Shown: positions 54,768 through 64,000 of the stretch, piece after piece | How positions within the stretch are numbered: position 1 is the stretch's first letter | Layout of the letters: the number at the start of each line of letters is the position of its first letter | Assembly (NCBI GenBank): GCA_050084515.1 | Contig: CM114271.1 | Span: 24,056,001-24,120,000, forward strand | DNA length: 64,000 bases | DNA from: Blasia pusilla | Lineage: Eukaryota | Direction of reading: 5' to 3' | Notes under the pieces: generated by a model | Told to the model about the DNA's origin: nothing | Database searches by the model: none | Seen by the model: the letters and a program-made list of their open reading frames with translations, nothing else | Translations under genes and position numbers: made by a program

Positions 54768-57700
54768 ATGGATAATTATGTGAAGCTCACTTGTGGCAAT
54801 CATGTGGCGGCCCTTCCTCAATCAGAAATCATTCGACCCCAAGCTCGTGAGTCTTTCATAGCAGTGGATGAAAATTTTCTGTCTGTTCGATTTCTTCTCC
54901 AAATTGGAACCATCTTTGTATCCAAAGATGTTAGGGTGGACGGTACGGAAGACATAATAGGTGAGACGGTCCAGCCAGTGACCTCAGACCGTAAAGTATG
55001 GAATCTCCTACCTCTAGCAAATGGTCAATACAGAGTTAACGGCTTGCCCCTGAATTTTTTTGTTTCCCAAGTAGACGGTCTAGAATTTCCTAGTGCTCCG
55101 AGCTCTACGTTTGCAACTCCAAGCTCTGCAGATCCGGCTTCGACTCCAACTTCGCACACTCGTAACAATGTTGTTCTTCTTGAAGAGATTCCGGATGTTA
55201 TCAACCTCAGTGGATCTGTCGGACACCAATCGGGCCCTCTACCCCCAACTCATTCCTCTAGGGAGTATCAGGAAATAGTTTGCTTTCGTCTCTCACCTTG
55301 AAAATGTTCAAGCACATTCTTGTCGACGAGCTGCCGCCCACGTACGATGGTAATTGCATTTTTGAGTTGCCTCCACTTGCTGCTCCTGCTCAAAAGAAGG
55401 ATGGAGGACGCCTCAAGGGTATGGACAAAAAGTCTAATTGTCATCGATGGTGCAGGCTTCAAGAGACTAGTGCTTCCATTCCATATGGTCCTTGGATTGT
55501 CTCCCGCCGCCAATGCGTGGGAGCCTTGGAGTGTAGAAGTCCAGCATGCCCGTATCCAGAGCGCAACGGGCGAGTCAATATGTCGCAATTCCCTCCCAAG
55601 AATGCAGAAAGTCCATACGAGGTCGGTGCCACCATACCGCCGGGAGGCCATTGATGTCCTCATTGTCAGGCATCGCCCTTCTGCGTTGGAGCGTGTCTTG
55701 CATACATATTTTTCATTGTCCACGACTTGGGCTCCACGTCAGAGTATACAAGGCTGGCAGTTCATGTTGGCTCCCACACTCATCCTGTGATCGATGCAAT
55801 TCAAAGACACATCAAGGAGGATGTGGCGAAGAAAGTAGCCGAGGTCTACAGAAACTCTCCGGGTTCAAAGCCCGGAGTGATCAAGCTCACAACGGCATCA
55901 CAAATTTATGAACAATTGCTTGGAATCCCGGGATAGGGCGAGATCACGGTGGTTGAGGAGAAACAACTCTGGGAAAATCTCCCATTTCTCGCTGATCCTG
56001 AATGCTTCCGGAATTTGCTACGTCAAATACGAGTTCAGGATGGAAAGACGGCCGAAATGGATGCCATCGCCAGAATCAAGGCCAACTCCAGATTTCCATT
56101 CATTCAGAGATGGCAGTTCATGGGCCAAGGATGCGAGGGATCCAGGGCCTATGTCTTCAAAATGTCAACCACAGGTCCGTCGAGTGGCCTCCATCTTATA
56201 GATCGAATGAGGGAAGGGGAAGATCTTTACGGGAGCTGAGTAAGCTTTGATATTTGCTACAGAGTCCTGAACGGATGGTTGACGATGGGTGCTCACGTTT
56301 ATGACCATGTGGAGAAGGGACTCAAAACTATATTTTTCTGTGAAGTAAAGGCAAAAGACGTTGGTAGTTTGAAGATGTGTTGGTTACTCTTATTGGAGGT
56401 GGTGAAGGAAAACAAAAGGCCACCTCCGGAAATTTATGGGTTCATGGCAGACAATGCACAACCTGGGTGGATTGCTATCCGGGAAGTGTTCTGGGGTGGA
56501 GGGGTTCAACCGGAGAGGGAAAGGTCGGATGCTTTCCATTGGAAACAGTCTGTGACCCGGTACACCAAATCTTGCATCAAGGAGAATAAGAGGACAGAGC
56601 ATCTCACTCTACTCCAACGCTGCAAGGACAACAAAACCTTGAAGCAGGCCATGGAATGCCAGGAAGAACTTCATGGGTGGTGGAGGAAGCATGCGATTGA
56701 GGGGAAGTACAAAGAGTTGTGCTCTTGGTTGAGTTGGTGGACTGTACGTATGAGACAATGGGGAAACTTCATGCGGCATGTGAGTTCACTATTTTGTCTT
56801 GTCAAGCTCACGCTGAGAATTATTTGTAAAGTTGTAGCTCAGGGTGAGAAGCGTGGGAACTATATGGATTTCAAACCCAAGAAACCAAGCAAGTTGTCGA
56901 CGGGTTGCCCGAGTGTGCAACCCGACGGAAACCGACGGGTTTCCCGAGTGTGCAATCCGACAGAAACCGACGGGTTGCCCGAGTGTGCAACCCGACAGAA
57001 ACCGACGGGTTGTTCGAGGGTGCAACCCGACGGAAACTGACGGGTTGCATCCATAATTTTGGTGCAACCCGAGTGTGCAACCCGTCGGGACCCGACGGGT
57101 CACAGAGTCGTTCATGGGATGCCTCGGCCTTGCAACCCATCGGGTTCTGACGGGTTGCAGTAGGTGGGTTTAAGGTTACAACATGTCGAGACCCGACGGG
57201 TCGCAGAGTCGTTCATGGGATGCCTCGGGCCTGCAATCCGTCTGGTTCCGACAGGTCGCTTATTTCTTTGACTCCTGAGTTATTTTCGTTCCCTTCTAAC
57301 ATTGCCGTCGTTGCAGGGATTGAACGTTCATGAAAATGCCCTCTGCCCCAACATAAGTGGAGCAGAAAGTGTTTATTCCTCCTGGAGGTTCTCACAAGCA
57401 TGCCAACGAATTTCACTTGTGGAGGCATGCCAACAAGACCAGGCAAGAGCAATGCTACAGTCTGCAGCATCCCATATCTTCCTCACAAAAGGCATAACAA
57501 AAGGAAAGGGGTCGTCGATCTATGAGCTCTATGTCGAGGCATTTGTGAGATCTCAGTGATGAAAAAATGTATGTGGAAGCCTTCAACCGGTCGCGAGCTG
57601 AAACTCCACTCGAGCAAGACGTACACATTGGTGGGGATATTCGTAGGCGGGTTTCAAGGCGTCCCATACTGAGATGGTGGTAGAGCGATCGAGCAAGACT

Positions 57701-58818
57701 CGTGGAGACCATATAAGTATCTTGACTTCAGGCAGGTGAAGAGGCAGCATCGAGGAACGAATCCGGTGATTGATTTGGATGAGGAAATTACGCCGCCCTG
57801 GTATTCGGGGACCCCGGACTTGTCCCAAATCTGTGATGGAGTTACTTCTCCAAAATCAGTGAATGTTTTATTTCAAAAGCTCTCCGTTGTTGGAAGTTCG
57901 CAACATCCTGTCACTAGGGTGGTTCAACAATATGGGATTTCGGTAATGGAGGTGGATTGCAACCTAAAACGGTGGCATATATCTCGGAGCAACCTAGGAC
58001 GTGGACCCACCTGCAGGGTAGGATCTGATGGCATTAGGAGGGCATGCGGCACTTTCCTAAATAAGAACTGTACAAGGACTAGACGACCACTGCCTGGGTT
58101 TTGAGGACTCAAAACCTTTGATCGCTTCACGAGGACCGGGATCAATTAAAGTACTTCTTCTGCCCAAATGAATCTTGCACTTTCCGGAAGTCTTATCCGG
58201 CTGCCATTGGAGCTCCCGGGAATACCCCCACGATTTGGCCCATCGCCGCAGTCTGAATCGCACTCAAGGCAAGTGGACAATCTTACAAGTGTCGGTTTCA
58301 CACTCGTAGACGGGGGAAGTTTGGAGCATGTTCGCATTACAGAGACCTTCCCATTTCATATTCAACCCAAGATTGATGTCAACATGTACCTGGAGAAGGT
58401 GGATGATCTCAATCCATTATTTCTGTTTGAGTCTAGAAATGGGGTGAAGAGAAACAGAATCTGCAGGCCAACGGTGGAGAGAGCAAAGTGAATTGCATAA
58501 GCTCGGGAGGCAAAAATGGAGATCATCGCCACGAAAGATGTCTTGAGTGGCAATGGAATAGGAAGGATGTATTGGGTCAGGAACAACACTGTAAATTCAA
58601 GTATCACAGGGGTGTATGTGGTGCACATCTGTTGCTTTCCCACACATTCATGTGATGACTTTGTCCAAAGAGAGACAAGTGGCAAAAGGTATTTCCCTTG
58701 TAAGCACATGTACTATGTGTTGCTGGTAGTTTTAAGAGAGTCGGAGGTAGGAGTAGGAATCCACCAACCAATTCTGTCCCTCAAAGAAGTTCGAAGTATT
58801 TTAAACAAACCACTTTGA
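54768..58818 (+). pseudogene. MULE-type DDE transposase with an N-terminal Cys/His-rich (GCM/WRKY-like) region and a C-terminal SWIM zinc finger; intron 56780-57316
   Basis: CVGALECRSPACPY..CPHC..VHVGSHTHPV; first Asp VSFD; second Asp FMADNAQ; DAFHW at the CxxH position; Glu region NISGAESVYSSW after the intron; SWIM-like HSCDDF..PCKHMYYVL. Stops at 55652, 55934, 56237 and frameshifts. Confidence 0.85.
56890..57255. repeat. 36-bp tandem repeat carrying the same palindrome inside the transposase intron
   Basis: Unit cgagtgtgcaacccgacggaaaccgacgggttgcc about four times, followed by further degenerate copies. Confidence 0.9.
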
Positions 58819-59215
58819 GGATGCAAAATGAGGTTTTAGATTGTACTTTTATTTTTTTCTCAACCTTCACTTTGAGCTTGAACTCTATTCAGCCCTGGGC
58901 AAATGACAGATTTTTTCCATACCTTGGATGGAAAAAGTGATTGGTTCCACACTTATGATTCCACTGATTTTTCAGTTTTCTAAATTTTGTGCAATTTGCA
59001 ACTCGTCGGACTCAGAGGGGTTGCCAAAATATGGAAGAGGAAAAAAAAATTGTGGGACTGCTTAATATATGAACAAAAAAGTGCAAAAAAAATCAAACAA
59101 AAATTTTCCTCGCTTCAACCCAACGAAAACTCTCTTAAAAAATATATATCTATTTCAGTTGAAGGTAGTTTCCTCTCTCCTCTCTTCCTCTCTTCCTCTC
59201 CTCTTACCGCACCTC

Positions 59216-60610
59216 CACATTGGTGTAATGTTATGGCGAGAAATGGATGGCAATTGGCAAAGATCACCTAGTAGTACAACAAGCTTCATTGAGGATGGGT
59301 TCAAATCTGAAGATGGACTAACTCAATGCAATCTCATCAAGTAAGTAAGTGGTCTAAGCATGGAGCACTCGTCTACAACTATTACCTTGGCATGTTTTAG
59401 GCGATTATACTGGTCAGACGTAGTGTGCATTGATGAAAGATCTCCCTTTATAGGTATGGCAAATGCGGAATGGACTGTTGTTGCTGATTCATGCAGTCTC
59501 ACAACAGCAATCCCGGTTGTTGCTATTAGCAATGTAGGAATGCAATTGTACGGAATACCAATACTTTTGCATAAAATGGATAAAGAACATTTTCCCGCAA
59601 CCAGGTGGTCCAGTGATCATTACTAAGCCAAGGCGCAATGTTCTGAATTCTTGATACAGAGCTGCTTGTTCAATGTTGAGAACATGAAAAAGTAAGGCAC
59701 TATCACCATCTACATAAGTTTGCTCATAGTTAGAAGTGGGCGGTTGTTGCTCAATAACAGGTGAGTTCGCACATACGTTGAATGAGAGTTGTGGATCAAT
59801 AAGGTCCATAACTTTTGTTGCAATCTCACTTATGTGAACCTTGCTCCATAGGTTTGCTACAGTATGCCGCTGTATTTCCTCTACAACAAAGCATGGGTTC
59901 TAAAATATGTTTCTATAAATACACTCATTGAGAAAGGTCCACTCGGGTGATACAATAGTGAGAATTTATGATTCTGATATGAATGTGATGTTTTGCAGTA
60001 CTGTATTATAAAAGAACTTATTTGATTGATGAAAGGGATGAAACTCACTAAAACGGACCAGGCGGTCAGTCTTATAGATCATGTTGCTAATTGAATCAAA
60101 TCCTATCAAGTTGGCAAGATTTTGTTTGCCTGTTCGCAGCACTTCATATATAGTCTTGAATTGAATAAAAGTTAAATCAGATAGATATATTGGGCGATAA
60201 CTATACAAAATTGTTGGATGGACGTATAGTGTAGTGGCATCTTTTTAAAACGTAGTTCGTCTACGAGGAGGACTTGAATCAATATATTCAACACTTTGGG
60301 ACCTATGGATGATCGGAATTTGGAGTGCCGTTATTGTTGCCTCAGTTACAGAGACCGATTTATTTAGCACCAAACCAGAGACAAGCCGGAGCTTTATCTC
60401 ATCCAATCCCTCAAGTCCTAGACACGTTGCACATTCAGTAGTGATGTTGAGGAAACCATGTGGCTCTGATTTTAGTGAGTATTTCAACAAGTAAAATGAC
60501 CATTGCACATCGGTGACACGTTGTAGATTCATATGAGCTCCCCAAAGCAGTAGTATAACTAGATGATAGGGAATAACATTCCAGTGCTCATGACCACGCC
60601 TATAGTATTT
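59216..60610 (-). mobile_element. Helitron Rep/helicase pseudogene, Rep C-terminus to helicase motif III
   Basis: VIPYHLVILLLWGAHMNLQRV..YLLKYSLKSEP (Rep tyrosine motif), ITGPPGCGK (Walker A), ATTGIAV, TTVHSAFAIP, IVVDECSM (Walker B) and GDLCQLPSI. Cut at 60610 by an LTR. Confidence 0.9.
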
Positions 60611-61370
60611 TGTGGTGTGCATACACATTGCTACACAACATACATCATTATCACCGAACACACACACAAACGCGCACGATCTCATGCTAACTCATGGCAT
60701 CCAAACAACGAGACAAGAAGTACCAAAATATCTCCAATAAAATAAGATCCAATCTCTCTCACAACACCATAGTTCTCACATGTCTCTCTCAATATCAAAC
60801 CAAACCCACTCTCCTAATGAGAGGCTTGGGTTACACACACAAGGCAAGCAAGACCATAGCTCCGCCGCCTCATGCCAAGAGGTTCAACAAAGAGAGAATG
60901 AGCTCTCAAACTCTCTCTCTCCTTAAGGTATACCCTTCCCCTCTCCAAAGCTCCCTCCATGGTAACCTATGCCCCCAAGTCACCTCCTTGGCTCTTAACA
61001 TGATGTAGGAGGTCAATAACCACTTCCCAAAAATAAGAAGTCGATCATATATTCAAAATGGTATTTACCTAAAATAGCAAGTTCCTCAATATGGCTCCAA
61101 ATGAGCCGAAACAAAGGGGAAACCTACTCTCTCGAGTTTTGCGGGGCCTCAACAGGTCATCCTTGACCTACTGAGCCCGTCCTCCACTACTCATGAATGT
61201 GCTTTACTAGATCTCACCGATCTATCCTAAAAGATATGACAATTATCGTGCGTATACACATCGCTACACAACATACATCGCTATCACCAAACACACACAC
61301 AAACACACACGATCCCATGCTAACTCATGGAAACCAAACAACGAGACAAGAAGTACCAAAATATCTCCAA
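60611..61370 (-). mobile_element. Complete 631-bp LTR (60611-61241, TG...CA) followed by a partial tandem copy (61244-61370)
   Basis: TG start and CA end; homologous to 18010-18523 and to the split LTR at 20881-25995. 61244-61370 repeats the first ~130 bp. Confidence 0.82.
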
Positions 61371-61551
61371 TCGCCCCTCTAGTTGGTGGTTAGATCCCTC
61401 TAACTCCAGATAGCCATCTATCCCTACCTATCATGACATACATCTCTCGGACGCTAAGAGCAAGAAGGTCGGGTGTTCATGTGGCCCAATCGTTAGTTGC
61501 CTTCTTGTCATCCATGTTATAGATATAATTCAGAATGTAGAACTACCTATT

Positions 61552-64000
61552 CTATGTACATCTGGGACACATCCATCGTCCTTGAGGAATCCTAGTGAGA
61601 GGAGGCGTCAAATATGCCATATGCCATCCTCTCGAACACCCATCACAGACTAGCATAGTGGCTACACCATGGGCAAAACCACACAACATACACCACAAGC
61701 CTCTAGTACCTATTGCTAAGCTCGGATCAACTGTACCGTAAATGTTCGGAAGATGACATGGCGCACAGTTACGCATATGGTCCTTCCAAACCATACCATT
61801 GCGTCCTTCCAATAAGAGAACATCAGACGGCAAAACCTCACGCACTCTCAAGATGGTGTGTAATGCAGTCACATCCAACGTCGTGGGTGTTGTTTGCTAC
61901 AAGTAGACATAGTCTCCCTGATGAAACCTCCGGATAGTAGGTTAATAACCACCTCCCCGAATAGTGACATACCTTAACGTATCTCGACGTTGCGCAATCT
62001 CCAAGTTCTCAAACGCCATGGGCATCACTCTCCAAAATAACTCAACCCTCAGAGAACATGTTCGCATCCAAACATCAAGGTCATCAAGGTTCAACACCTC
62101 ACCAACATCTCAACGAATGGCCGTAAGTAAATCTGGCTCTCAACCATAAAGCAACAAGTACGGTGAGAAAGACGCTAAGGATGCCTGCTTGGTGAATCTG
62201 TTTCCCATCGCCAACCATGGCAACTAAAGGTCCCAATCTCCTGGGTGACCTCTCTACAAGCCATACTTGCGTAATCCTCTCTTCACCGTCTGCACAACTT
62301 GCTCCGCTAGTCCATCCACCTCAGGATGATCTCGCGAAGTAGTACGATGGTCGATCAATGCCTGATCATGCAAGGCGTGAAACTCCCCGTGGAACCCTGT
62401 ACCCTGGTCTGTCAACACCTCAGCATGTGCGTCATAGTAGCTCAACACTCGATCTAGGAAGTAGCTCAACACACGTGTCCATCTCAAGTGAGGAAGCCCA
62501 ACGCTATTGTCCTTGTAAACGAAGAAGCACTAAGACTCCCTCACTTGCTTTGTCATGCAATGCATCCAACTCTATCCACTTCGAGAAGTGCTCGACCATC
62601 ACCAACACATAACGACTATGATGCTCCGTCAAAGGCAAAGGTCCTACAAAATCCAAACTCCATCTATAACCTAAACCCATGATCTGAAGTGGATGCAACA
62701 TTGGAGTCGCAGCATTGAACCATGCTCGGACTCAATCACACACCATGCATCTGGCAACAAACTATTGAACGTCAGTCTCCATGCCTCACCACCAATATTG
62801 AATCTGGAGTAAGTTGTACGTCCGCTTCACTCCAAAATGACCCAACTCCTCATGGACATGACGCACCAAATGTGCACTCTACGAAGGATGAAGCACTACA
62901 TGCACTCTACCATTCTCCCACACTCGCAGCACATATGTGCCATCCCACCGGAACCGTCTGGCTTGTTGTAGGATCCGATCCCGCTCTCTAGCATCCACTA
63001 TGCTCGCAACGCTACGAGTACGCAAGTACTCCAAGACCACTCTATCGTCGTGAATATCTTGGCCACCTTTCGTCTCCTTACCGGCCTCTGGATCTAAGGA
63101 CTCTTCATCAGACCTCGCCATCGAAATGTCAACAATCTGGCTCTCCATAGCCAACAAGCCCAAATAGGCTGACGGTTGTCATTCTGGCACCAACTCCTCA
63201 TCACTCTCACCATGCCAACGAGCTCCAGTCGGATCTCGCTAACTTGGGCATGGGTTACGCTCAAACCATTTGTATCTTGGTTGAGCATCCCAAGTCTATG
63301 CACCACATGGAGGTCATACTCCTGCAGTAAAAGAGCCCATCTTGCAAGCTTCCCTATAAGCTTTTCGGACTCCATCGACCACTTAAGTGGCTGATGATTA
63401 GTAATGATGGTAAAGGGATTGCCGAATAGATAACATCTAAGATGTACGATAATCCACATTGCAAAAAAGCACTCACCCTCATACGATCTATACTTCACCT
63501 CTGCAACGTTGTTCGAGCGACTAGCAAAAGCCAACATGAACTCTCTACCATCATCATCATGTTGGGTGAGGACGGCTCCAAGCCCCAACATGCTCCAATC
63601 GGTATGCAATTAGAAATGACGCCCCTTGATCAGTCTCCTCAATATGGGCGCGGACGTCAATTTGTCCTTGAGCATATGAAATGCTCTCTCTTGCTCATAT
63701 CCCCAGTGCCATTCCTGATCCACCTTGGTCATCAAGGTTAGCGGCTTCGCAATCGAACTGAAATCCTTAACGTACCATCAATAGAAGTTTGCCAATCCCA
63801 TGAATGCACGAACTCGACTCACATCTGTAGGGCGTGGAATGCGTGAATAGCCTCGACCTTCATCTGCTGCATATCAATACCACCAGGATATATCGTATGA
63901 CCCAAGTACTCAATGTGGTCGTAGAAGAACTTGCACTTGCCTTTATGTAGCTTCAGCCCATATAACTACAATCGTCGAAACACCCCCTCTAGATGTCGCT
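61552..64000 (-). mobile_element. Ty3/gypsy pol pseudogene (RT-RNaseH-integrase) ending in a PHD finger; continues beyond the window
   Basis: RT LKLHKGKCKFF..EYLGH; RNaseH HTDWS..LGAVLTQ..YEGEC..TNHQPLKW; integrase HEELGHFG..CMVC, WSLDFVGP, LTDQG, DGLAE; C-terminal CMLC..MLVCDGCSRGWHMAYLTPPLTRIPQGRWMCPRC. Confidence 0.92.

Larger units (their letters stand above)
46815..59215. mobile_element. 12.4-kb Mutator-like (MULE) DNA transposon with a transposase gene and a ParB-methyltransferase cargo gene
   Basis: 9-bp TSD CACATTGAT (46806-46814) / CACATTGGT (59216-59224). Imperfect TIRs GGGGGCTGGTA..GTAAGAGAGGAGAGGAAGAGAGGAAGAGAGGAGAG versus the reverse-complement end GAGGTGCGGTAAGAGGAGAGGAAGAGAGGAAGAGAGGAGAG. 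Removing the element restores the helicase frame GDLCQLPSISRHNITP-MCLVCHIP. Confidence 0.92.

Overview
Eukaryotic DNA, most likely from a non-seed land plant (inferred from GT-AG intron-rich plant genes, an RTEX-type LINE and a PHD-bearing gypsy element). Three minus-strand host genes are present: the 5' half of a KMS1/VMP1 vacuole membrane protein gene, a divergent RGS1-type 7TM gene with no visible RGS box, and a 12-exon UBP1/TIA-1-like RRM gene with a poly-Q N-terminus. They lie among LINEs, LTR remnants and a nested transposon cluster at 40.8-64 kb. The main finding is a 12.4-kb Mutator-like element (46815-59215) with a 9-bp TSD and imperfect TIRs, inserted into a Helitron helicase. Besides its transposase, it carries a divergently transcribed, intron-containing gene that fuses a ParB/Srx-like domain to a prokaryote-type beta-class N4C/N6A DNA methyltransferase domain. 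Its introns and intergenic DNA hold dozens of copies of a ~27-bp palindrome, partly in phased arrays. This copy is pseudogenised. All calls come from manual translation and motif recognition; no database search was run.
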